A stretch of DNA of 64,000 bases from Chlamydiota bacterium (GCA_040388665.1 JAZKBL010000012.1:67390-131389), one strand, 5' to 3'; shown: positions 46,737 through 54,186, numbered from the stretch's first letter. Program-made: numbers and translations. Notes: generated by a model from the sequence alone, not told the origin.

Positions 46737-47113
46737 ATTCTCCTCTGAATTTTGGTGAAGAATACAGACTATCGTGGATTTTTTCAACCATAAGTAAGGA
46801 GCGTTGATTTAATTATCGTTCAATTCTACTGGTCTCATTCATTTTGCGTCAGTCTTAATTGGCCAAGCGCGTAAAATTTGCGTAATCCTATTCTGCAATT
46901 GACATATGTCAAATATGCTGGTACAAGGAAATGGGATGACCTGTTGGATAGTGAGCTTTTCTAGAGAAGCAGCAAAGCCGTACGAAAAACTTAAAAGAAG
47001 CAGCCTAGGCCGTCCATTAATGACGTAATCGATTTGCTCGTGCTTGATCTTCAAAAAAACGGCCCACAGCTTTCCGACTGGCCACACTTTGGAGTATTAG
47101 CAACAGAGCATTT

Positions 47114-47386
47114 TTGGAAAAGTATGGCGAATCTGATTCTATCCCCTGGGAAGATCTCACCAAAGACCGCATAGCCAAGTACAAAAAATCTGGCTTGGCA
47201 CTTCGTGGAGCTAGATACCGCGAAAGCATCTCTCAAAAAGAGCTCGCTAAGCGCACCGGCATTAACCAAGAAAACATCTCTCGCATGGAAAACGGGAAAA
47301 GAGCCACCGGCGAACAAGTCGCTAAAAAACTCGCCAAAGTCCTCCGCATTAACTTTGAACTGCTAACAAACAATGGTCAAAAATGA
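47114..47386 (+). CDS. XRE-family helix-turn-helix regulator (antitoxin-like)
   Basis: 'ISQKELAKRTGINQENISRMENGKR' HTH_3 pattern. The frame is open upstream, so the start is uncertain. Confidence 0.75.
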   Translation: MEKYGESDSIPWEDLTKDRIAKYKKSGLALRGARYRESISQKELAKRTGINQENISRMENGKRATGEQVAKKLAKVLRINFELLTNNGQK

Positions 47387-47407
47387 AAAATTCTGTTCGT
47401 ATTGTAA

Positions 47408-47752
47408 TCATAGTGATTTCCCCTTCCTTCGGGGCCTTCTTCTAATGGGGGTTTCGTAAAGTCTACTACGAAGATCTTCAGGAACTGCTTCGTAAGCTTT
47501 TTTCAAAAAAGCTTTCAACTCGGCTAAAAATGGATATCTGGGATTGAATTGATAAAGTTGTGTTTTTCCTTGAGCCTGCCTCACTAAAATCCCACCCTGC
47601 TCTAACCGTCCTAATGCAATCTGGATGCTATATAAAGGAATGCTCAGCTCTCTGCTCATCTGAATAGCGTAACTTTTCTCATTGGCAGGCAAATAAAAGA
47701 GAATCTTCTCAATCACCACATTACCAAATAGCTTTTCAAGCATAACAACCAA
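47408..47752 (-). CDS. winged-helix (ArsR/MarR-like) DNA-binding protein
   Basis: 'SYAIQMSRELSIPLYSIQIALGRLEQGGILV' is wHTH-like. Basic tail. Confidence 0.5.
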   Translation of the reverse strand: MVVMLEKLFGNVVIEKILFYLPANEKSYAIQMSRELSIPLYSIQIALGRLEQGGILVRQAQGKTQLYQFNPRYPFLAELKAFLKKAYEAVPEDLRSRLYETPIRRRPRRKGKSL

Positions 47753-47989
47753 TCTTTTTAGTCATATTACCAAAATTCTTGGTTATCAATAATAAAACAA
47801 TTGAACCACCTCAAAATGAATATATTAAGAAATTGACATTTGGAGATCGATCGAAGAAAGCCACGAAATTCTGTCCAGTGCAAGAATGAAGGGGGAGGCG
47901 ATTGAGCCGGCTTCCATAAGGAACCAGATGACTCGATTGGAAAGTCTAAGACTTATGCACTTTGAGGAACATCAGCTGCGGCGTAGGTT

Positions 47990-48412
47990 TCATTTAGAAT
48001 TCTTTACCATCATGATAATTTGAGGATGTGTTTTGCGAGTTTCTGCAATTCTCTCCTGTAAAAATAAAGGAGCTTGACTCTCTGGCACTTTTTTAAATCC
48101 AATCCGATTATAAAAATCTTCAAGCCACTGATACGAAATACACCAACAAACATCGCGTTCAATCAAGAAGTTGACCTCATTTAAAATACGGGTTCCAACT
48201 CCTTGTCTTTGAAAAATTAGGGCAATCTGCATACCCCGCAATACAAAAATGTCTTCTTCTATCGAAATACGAGCTGCTCCGATAATACGATTTTGAGATA
48301 TTGCACCGATAACTCTATCTCCCTCTTCAATCTTTTTCAAATAGCCTACTGTGTTATAAAAATCCTGAACCTCCCCGTATTTTTCTTTAAGAAGAATATC
48401 GACAATAACCAT
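47990..48412 (-). CDS. small GNAT-family acetyltransferase, translationally coupled to higA
   Basis: 'GMQIALIFQRQGVGTRIL' acetyl-CoA motif. ATG 48412 lies 1 nt after the higA stop (TAAcATG). Confidence 0.75.
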   Translation of the reverse strand: MVIVDILLKEKYGEVQDFYNTVGYLKKIEEGDRVIGAISQNRIIGAARISIEEDIFVLRGMQIALIFQRQGVGTRILNEVNFLIERDVCWCISYQWLEDFYNRIGFKKVPESQAPLFLQERIAETRKTHPQIIMMVKNSK

Positions 48413-48413
48413 G

Positions 48414-48716
48414 TTAGACAATCACTTTTGTTTTTCGTCTAACTCTAATCAAAGGACGGATTTTTAACTTTTGAGACCGAAGCGACCATAAGTCAACAGC
48501 CATTTGTGCATTTAGCCAAAAGTCAGGTGTCGTCTCAAAAGCAGCAGCAAGCTTGAGTGCCATTTCAGGTGTAACACTCACCTTTTCATTTACAATTCGA
48601 TTGATTACTTTGTAATCACAGCCCAGATGCTCGGCAAGTTCCTTCTGCGTTAACCCCAACGGTTTCAAAAATTCCTCGCTCAGGATCTCCCCTGGCGTTG
48701 TCGGCTTCCTCTTCAT
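48414..48716 (-). CDS. higA: HigA-family antitoxin (VapI/XRE HTH)
   Basis: 'PTTPGEILSEEFLKPLGLTQKELAEHLG....INRIVN.K..VTPEMALKLAAAF.TTPDFWLN'. GGAGG RBS overlaps the higB stop. Start trimmed to 48716. Confidence 0.85.
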   Translation of the reverse strand: MKRKPTTPGEILSEEFLKPLGLTQKELAEHLGCDYKVINRIVNEKVSVTPEMALKLAAAFETTPDFWLNAQMAVDLWSLRSQKLKIRPLIRVRRKTKVIV

Positions 48717-48726
48717 AATCCCCTCC

Positions 48727-49020
48727 TCAATGATAATCAATAATTCGCACGTCATAAGGCTGATTATCCCAACGAAATACAATCCGCCATTGCTCATTGA
48801 TCCGAATGCTATAACATCCTTTTAAATCTCCGCTTAAAGCCTCCAACCGATTACCTGGAGGACTTCGCAGGTCCTTTAACTCGCACGCATAGTACAACAT
48901 ATCAAGCTTTCGTCGCACAATCGCCCGGATACTTGCCCATCCCTTCCTCGAAGGAGCTCTTCCGCTCTTAAAAAAGACCTCGAAATCTTCATCTTGAAAA
49001 GACCGTATGACCATCTTCAA
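48727..49020 (-). CDS. higB: HigB-family toxin (plasmid maintenance system killer protein)
   Basis: 'IRSF.D...E.FF..GR......W..I...V.RKLDML..A..L.DLRSPPGNRLEALSGDLKG.YSIRIN.QWRIVF.W......V.IIDYH'. Confidence 0.8.
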   Translation of the reverse strand: MKMVIRSFQDEDFEVFFKSGRAPSRKGWASIRAIVRRKLDMLYYACELKDLRSPPGNRLEALSGDLKGCYSIRINEQWRIVFRWDNQPYDVRIIDYH

Positions 49021-49133
49021 TCGCCCATTAAGCTATATATACCTCAACAAGGTATACTACACAATAGATAATTTTCAAGAAAAAAATTAGATAGAACGAC
49101 AAGAAAGCTCACGACTTAACGAAATGGAGGGTA

Positions 49134-49240
49134 CCCCCAATTGGAGCCCGAGTCAAATTTCAAAGATCTTCAAATAACACAGTGTGGGCAACACGGGCTA
49201 TTCAAAGATCTTTGAAATTTGACCGGGATACGATTGGGGG
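49134..49240. repeat. 107-bp imperfect palindrome abutting the tRNA-Tyr fragment
   Basis: Arms 49134-49170 and 49205-49240, including a perfect 19-bp inverted repeat gtcaaatttcaaagatctt / aagatctttgaaatttgac. The right arm's last 6 nt (49235-49240) are also the first 6 nt of the tRNA-Tyr fragment. Confidence 0.65.
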
Positions 49241-49291
49241 CGGTGTGACTCGAACACACGGACTCCGAAGAGGAGGGATTTACAGCCCTTG
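49235..49291 (-). repeat. direct copy of the 3' part of tRNA-Tyr (att-like remnant)
   Basis: Identical to 53969-54020 (discriminator through anticodon loop). Similarity then continues across a 1-nt gap to 49291. Same orientation as the intact gene. Confidence 0.75.
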
Positions 49292-49657
49292 AAAATCAAT
49301 AAGTTACAACGAGCTACGCAACTTAACAGTAAGGCAATCAAAAAGATACATTAAAAAGTTTTTGGTAATTTCCTGTGAAAAATCGCCAATCCTTTTTTTC
49401 ATTTGCACCACTGATGCACCAAATACTCTTCTCTTACAAAATCATGCGCACGCGAACATATCCTTAAAATAAGCTGTTCATTTGTTGACAAGGTGACCTT
49501 GTAAACGACTGCCACCATCGGCGTCTTGATGGTCGATGCGCTCAAAAATTGCACTTTAAAAATGCAGCCTCTACCGATGCAAAAGGATAAGACGATCCGC
49601 CTTGCTCTCACGCTTTATTATCTTTAGCAATCATCCAGCGGTCTTTAAAAATATCTT

Positions 49658-50896
49658 TTATTCCCAGGTTACATCAACCCCGGCTTTGACATTCCCCTTC
49701 ATCTTTCCAAATCGATCCTTCTTTGTCGTTGTCTCAAGTTTGTAGGTTACGGAATTTGTTTTGTTCTTAGCAGAATATTTTACAATGTGCTCTTCTTCTG
49801 ACCCAGATATTCTTGTCTCTTCCGAAACCGTTTCTTTGTAATTGTTATTTTTAGGAGCAGTAAGACAATTTTCATCCAAGGAATCAAAACAAGGATGGTT
49901 TGTCGCACTGTCTTTACAAACGGAGTTATCGGCTTTTTTTAGCTCCGGTTCCGTTAAGCGCTTTGAAATTATTTCATTCTCAACTGTTTGATTTCCTTCC
50001 GCATCGCCAATGTAAATCATTTTATTCGGGTAATCGATATATAAGATTCGGCCTTCCAAGAAGTTCATCCCCAAAACGCCATCGATTTCATGCAGCTCGG
50101 AAGTGATGTCATAAAGATAAAGATCCGATCTCCCAAAATCTTTCCCCGCTATAACAAATTTTTCTGAAGTGAATATTGGCATACCATACTGACTTTTGCA
50201 GGCGTCTGTGCCTTCTACGACGCGTGAGGCTCTTAATAAAGAAACTGTGGACCCTGTGTCCAAGGAAAGTCGGATCTGTCCAATATCTGTATCGATATTC
50301 AAAAGCAATCCAGTTCTTCCTGTATTAAAAGGAACAACGAGATATTTTTCAGGAAAAAATCCACGCTTTATCAACACATCAAGATTATTACTTTCCAATA
50401 TAAAAAGGTTATGAAAATCTAATAACAGACTCATCTTTTCCAAGATTCCTCTACCTATCACCCCATTTTTATCATTAACAAGCTCCAAATCACTCATATT
50501 TGTATAAAGCGTGGTATTTTTTATAAAACCTTCATCAAGTTGTTTTACAACTACATTAGAAAACACACTATTTCCAACAACAACTTTTGAAATTAAATAA
50601 GCATTAGAATCATAACTATTTCCCTTTCCATCCCTTCCGACTAAGACACCAACCGGTTGCTTATCCAAACAATCCAAGATCTCCTCAGATAAAGTTAATT
50701 GAAATTTCGAACCATAATCCACATCCAATAAAAATTTAACTCCTTGAATTTCGACATCAATTGAGGGTGTTTTTGCCCGACTCATTTTCATAGGAACTAT
50801 CTGCCTTCCCGAATCTTTGACACATAGAAACCAGATAAAACTTCCAATTACTCCTACAAATAAGGTGATAGCAAAGAAACGAGGAATCCGATTCAC
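49658..50896 (-). CDS. membrane-anchored protein with two tandem retropepsin-like aspartic protease domains
   Basis: N-terminal TM. Domain 1 'FLLDVDYGSKF...VIGRGILEKMSLLLDF'. Domain 2 'RLSLDTGSTVSLL...IDGVLGMNFLEGRILYIDY' (DTG at 50252-50260). Beta-rich tail ending 'GVDVTWE'. Confidence 0.65.
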   Translation of the reverse strand: MNRIPRFFAITLFVGVIGSFIWFLCVKDSGRQIVPMKMSRAKTPSIDVEIQGVKFLLDVDYGSKFQLTLSEEILDCLDKQPVGVLVGRDGKGNSYDSNAYLISKVVVGNSVFSNVVVKQLDEGFIKNTTLYTNMSDLELVNDKNGVIGRGILEKMSLLLDFHNLFILESNNLDVLIKRGFFPEKYLVVPFNTGRTGLLLNIDTDIGQIRLSLDTGSTVSLLRASRVVEGTDACKSQYGMPIFTSEKFVIAGKDFGRSDLYLYDITSELHEIDGVLGMNFLEGRILYIDYPNKMIYIGDAEGNQTVENEIISKRLTEPELKKADNSVCKDSATNHPCFDSLDENCLTAPKNNNYKETVSEETRISGSEEEHIVKYSAKNKTNSVTYKLETTTKKDRFGKMKGNVKAGVDVTWE

Positions 50897-51909
50897 CAGT
50901 CGACCTCGAACGTTGTCTTAATTTGTCCAGATGTGTTCCCCTCACTGTCTTTTTCTACTTTACCAGAAAATCCTCCTGAGAATTCAACGCCATTTTCCGT
51001 TCTGTCTCTAACTTCGATACTAGCTTCAACTGATTTATTCCCATCTATATCTTGCGTTGCAGATACCTCGGCATGCCCTTTGCACAAAATACTGGAATCT
51101 TCTTTCAAAATGTTTGCCCAGTTGTATTCAATCGAAGAATCGAATTGGACAATTGAAAACAATCCATTGGAGCAATTTCTCTGTTCAGCCAGATAATACT
51201 GTCCATAAATCAGCCCCTGCGGTTGAAAAAGAAGCGTCAACTGCGGTCCTAGAGCACCTTCGATCCTGGTAAAATTGGACAATTCGATAGCTAGAGTCCC
51301 AAATTCACCGCATAAAACGAAAGGAATCGAATCTCTGGAATTCGAATAATCATCTTCTACTTTACTGACAACAATCTCTAATAAGCCTGGATCGCTCAGC
51401 CGCGTAAGATACAAATGTCCTATAGGGTTTTCTTGGTTTAGAATCACAAAATCAAATAACCCACAACCATCTCCAAACGGGATGAAAAGAGGATTTTCGA
51501 TATGATACTTGGAAGCAATCAAGGAAATGCCTCTATCGCACGTTTCAGCATAAAAATGCGCATACAGATCTTTAAGTGCTCTATAATACACATATCCTTC
51601 CTGATGCGACCCGATTCCCTGCAAACACACGATATCTGCATCAGACCCCAGTATCTCCTCAGAAATATTTTGATCCACCTTCACTGTAGCATTGAAAAGG
51701 GTAAACTGACTTTTTTCGGCCACTCTTTCTTCAGCATCTCCCTCCAAATAGGCATAAGAATGCACATGTACTTCCAGTCTTTTGTCTAAAAAACATTGGT
51801 AGGAATCATCAAACATCGATTCTTCTTCAACCCCGCTACATACAATATTAGAAACCATCTCATCAACTTGTACAGAGTGTGCTAACAATGTGCGTCCGGT
51901 AACGAGCAA
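50893..51909 (-). CDS. endonuclease/exonuclease/phosphatase (EEP)-fold-like protein with degenerate catalytic motifs
   Basis: 'DADIVCLQGIG' (canonical LQE has become LQG), 'ISLIASKYHI', 'PFVLCGEFG' (canonical GDFN has become GEFG). 4-nt overlap with the downstream protease gene. Tail ends 'TFEVDW'. Confidence 0.45.
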   Translation of the reverse strand: MLVTGRTLLAHSVQVDEMVSNIVCSGVEEESMFDDSYQCFLDKRLEVHVHSYAYLEGDAEERVAEKSQFTLFNATVKVDQNISEEILGSDADIVCLQGIGSHQEGYVYYRALKDLYAHFYAETCDRGISLIASKYHIENPLFIPFGDGCGLFDFVILNQENPIGHLYLTRLSDPGLLEIVVSKVEDDYSNSRDSIPFVLCGEFGTLAIELSNFTRIEGALGPQLTLLFQPQGLIYGQYYLAEQRNCSNGLFSIVQFDSSIEYNWANILKEDSSILCKGHAEVSATQDIDGNKSVEASIEVRDRTENGVEFSGGFSGKVEKDSEGNTSGQIKTTFEVDW

Positions 51910-52072
51910 TCCAAAAAAATAACTGAAGATTTCATCATAACTCCTCTTTTCTTGAAAATCCTAGCACCTTAAATAAATTCGTGCAAAAACAAAATTGCCA
52001 CCTGATCCACCCTGTAGGATCATCGATGAGGAATTAAGACTTTTGACCGGAACCCGCATCAAATTTAATTTC

Positions 52073-52102
52073 TTGACAAATCGAGTGGTTTTTTTGTATA
52101 AA
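52073..52102 (+). promoter_or_regulatory. sigma70-like promoter candidate for the AbiEi gene
   Basis: TTGACA (52073-52078), 18-nt spacer, TATAAA (52097-52102). The -10 element ends 22 nt upstream of ATG 52125. Confidence 0.35.
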
Positions 52103-52124
52103 ACCCTTAAATATTAGGGGATAT

Positions 52125-52883
52125 ATGAAGATGCCGGAGTCAGAACTCTTTGAGATAGCGGAAAGTCAGCAGGGGTATTTCACCTTTCAACAGGCTGTTA
52201 CTGCTGGGTTTAGTGATAAAAATCATGCTTATCACGTCAAATCAGGTGACTGGGTCAAAGTTTTTAGGGGTATCTATCGGCTTGCTAAATATCCGGTAGG
52301 GGAAAGGGAAGAACTTGTTCTTTGGTTCCTCTGGTCTAGAAATCGATCAAATGTTCCCCAAGGGGTATATTCTCATTATACAGCTCTTGATCTCTATGAG
52401 CTTTCAGATTACATGCCATCAAAATTACACATGACCGTTCCAATGGGATTTAGAAGAATGGCAAAAATTCCTGAGGTTTTAGTTTTACATAGAGAACAGT
52501 TGCAAGCCAATGAGATTGTGATGCAACAAGGTTATAAAATCACCACCCCTTTGAAAACCTTGATTGATGTGCTAAATGATGGTGTGCTAGCGGAGGATCT
52601 ACTAGTGCAGGCTGTTCAGGATGCTAAGAAAAAGAGACTAATCACGAAACATGCTATTGAAACCAATAAAAGATGTCCTGCTAAAATCGCTGAAAGGCTC
52701 CTAAAAATAATGGAAGAGCCGACTACCCTTCCACTACCACCAGAGGGATGGAATGTAAAATTTGCTTTGTTAGCAAAAGAATGCGGAATCAATGAATCAT
52801 TAGACCGAGCTATGGAAAGCGTTGAGGAATTTTATCAGAAGGCCGTAGTTAAAAATTTTCTAAGCGACGTATTGCTGCCTTAA
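52125..52883 (+). CDS. AbiEi-family (type IV TA) antitoxin-like transcriptional regulator, orphan
   Basis: N-terminal 'QQGYFTFQQAVTAGFSDKNHAYHVKSGDWVKVFRGIYRL' fits the AbiEi_4 domain. No AbiEii nucleotidyltransferase ORF follows. Confidence 0.65.
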   Translation: MKMPESELFEIAESQQGYFTFQQAVTAGFSDKNHAYHVKSGDWVKVFRGIYRLAKYPVGEREELVLWFLWSRNRSNVPQGVYSHYTALDLYELSDYMPSKLHMTVPMGFRRMAKIPEVLVLHREQLQANEIVMQQGYKITTPLKTLIDVLNDGVLAEDLLVQAVQDAKKKRLITKHAIETNKRCPAKIAERLLKIMEEPTTLPLPPEGWNVKFALLAKECGINESLDRAMESVEEFYQKAVVKNFLSDVLLP

Positions 52884-53060
52884 ATTTCTCCACTCTTCAG
52901 CCGATAATCCTTTACTTGCTAGCTTCCCCATGCCTACGGCTAACATTCTAAAAGCATCTGCACCGTGGCTAGCGAAATTGTGTAGAGGCTGTCTAGACCA
53001 GCACCCTAGTCGGTCGTTCCATTGCTTTTTGTAGCTTTCTAAGGCTGTGATTCCCTTAGC
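52860..53060 (-). pseudogene. C-terminal fragment of a phage terminase large subunit
   Basis: Hand translation: 'AKGITALESYKKQWNDRLGCWSRQPLHNFASHGADAFRMLAVGMG...'. The '...L..Y...W........P.H.+.SH.ADAFR' pattern is the terminase C-terminal nuclease end. No upstream ATPase part. Confidence 0.55.
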
Positions 53061-53066
53061 ACACTT

Positions 53067-53212
53067 GATCTCATCAAACCAGCAGCTTTTAAAGAGATTG
53101 ATTCCGATCTGAACCAGGCATTAATGGTCGTAGAAGACAACAAGAAAATCATCGGCACCTGTCATCTGACCTACATACCCTCGATTACTTTCCAAGGCGG
53201 AAAAAGATTAAA
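53067..53212 (+). pseudogene. internal fragment of a GNAT acetyltransferase gene
   Basis: Hand translation 'DLIKPAAFKEIDSDLNQALMVVEDNKKIIGTCHLTYIPSITFQGGKR' looks like GNAT N-terminal beta strands. It has no start and is cut off by the repeat at 53213. Confidence 0.45.
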
Positions 53213-53290
53213 TATTAGAGTTCTTCTAAAACTTCGGTAATTTTGGGAAGCTAAAATTTGTGAAGCTAAAAATAGACATGTCGGGAACAA
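53213..53290. repeat. half copy (left arm) of the 11541-11706 MITE-like element
   Basis: About 74/78 identity to 11541-11618, by eye. It ends inside the 18-bp core repeat at 'cgggaacaa'. Confidence 0.75.
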
Positions 53291-53353
53291 GTTGCTAAAA
53301 AGCTCGCCAAAGTTCTCCGCATTGATGTTGCATTATTGACAGATGACATCTAA
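53288..53353 (+). pseudogene. 3' fragment of an XRE-family regulator gene (paralog of 47114-47386)
   Basis: 'QVAKKLAKVLRIDVALLTDDI*' compares with 'QVAKKLAKVLRINFELLTNNGQK*' in the intact gene. DNA similarity starts at the shared 'gaacaag' junction with the repeat. Confidence 0.55.
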
Positions 53354-53354
53354 G

Positions 53355-53786
53355 TTACGAAAAAATACAACTGTCTTGTGAATACTCGTTAATTCTTTGA
53401 GCAGCTGCAGCACGTTGAAGTTCAATGAATCCTTCGCGACTCATAGAATGGCAAGTTGATCGATCATGAGGAAAAACTACACGTGGAGCAGATACGCGAA
53501 TATTTGCTAAATAAGCTTCATTTAAGCGAGTAAGAGAGGCTTTAGCATTCTCAAATAATTTAAGAGATAAGCGAAGGAAAGAATTGCCTTGAAATTCTTT
53601 CTCTATCTTTTCTATAAACGATCCTAAAGGCATTTCACCACTAGGTGGATCCATTTTGATTTCTTCCCAAAACTTTTTCAGGTAGTCATCCACACGCTTC
53701 CCGCAATCTTTCGAACTCGCAGAAATCTCCTGCAATTCGTGAATACAACAAGTTGAAAAATCACGTACTTCTACTAAACCACTCAT
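53355..53786 (-). CDS. hypothetical protein
   Basis: 143-aa ORF next to tRNA-Tyr. No family recognised. Confidence 0.45.
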   Translation of the reverse strand: MSGLVEVRDFSTCCIHELQEISASSKDCGKRVDDYLKKFWEEIKMDPPSGEMPLGSFIEKIEKEFQGNSFLRLSLKLFENAKASLTRLNEAYLANIRVSAPRVVFPHDRSTCHSMSREGFIELQRAAAAQRINEYSQDSCIFS

Positions 53787-53968
53787 TTCTTCCTTCTCTT
53801 TTAATTTTTATAGATACCACTAAGGGCGGCAAGCCGACCCCATGAGGGATCATCTGCTGGAATTGAGGAGATCTTTCGATAGATTTAAAAAAACGCGACG
53901 CAAGTAATCTCAATGAGCGTTCTTTAAAAGCTGCGAAAGAGAACTCAGTTACAGCGATGATAACAAAA

Positions 53969-54050
53969 TGGGGGCGGTGTGACTCGAACACACGGACTCC
54001 GAAGAGGAGGGATTTACAGTCCCTTGCAATTGCCACTATGCGACACCCCC
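53969..54050 (-). tRNA. tRNA-Tyr (anticodon GTA), long variable arm
   Basis: Minus-strand read: GGGGGTG acceptor, anticodon arm AGGGA-CTGTAAA-TCCCT, variable arm CCTCTTCGGAGTC, T-loop TTCGAGT, 3' CGCCCCC-A. No encoded CCA. Confidence 0.9.
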
Positions 54051-54065
54051 GAAACAGGAAAGATA

Positions 54066-54138
54066 TGCTGGAGAAAGGAATTGAACCCTCAACCATCCGA
54101 TTACAAGTCGGGCGCTCTACCAATTGAGCTACTCCAGC
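54066..54138 (-). tRNA. tRNA-Thr (anticodon TGT)
   Basis: GCTGGAG acceptor, D-arm GCTC-AATTGGTA-GAGC, anticodon loop CTTGTAA, T-loop TTCAATT, 3' CTCCAGC-A. Confidence 0.9.
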
Positions 54139-54186
54139 ACGAGGAAAGATGAAAGTGTAACAAAGTGTTGATTTTGTTACAAGAGT

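Noticed and set aside
46839-47317. Three overlapping minus-strand ORFs (82, 70 and 88 aa).
   Set aside because: They overlap each other in different frames and run antisense to or upstream of the XRE gene. They have no motifs or RBS. The region is treated as non-coding or decayed.
49399-49611. 70-aa ORF next to the tRNA-Tyr fragment, examined as a possible integrase remnant.
   Set aside because: No tyrosine- or serine-recombinase motifs (R..HxxR..Y or the like) appear in any frame I translated. It is left uncalled, and only BLASTX could rescue it.
53761-54123. 120-aa minus-strand ORF in the track.
   Set aside because: It reads straight through tRNA-Tyr (53969-54050) and tRNA-Thr (54066-54138). 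The 'protein' is a translation of tRNA genes and the spacer.
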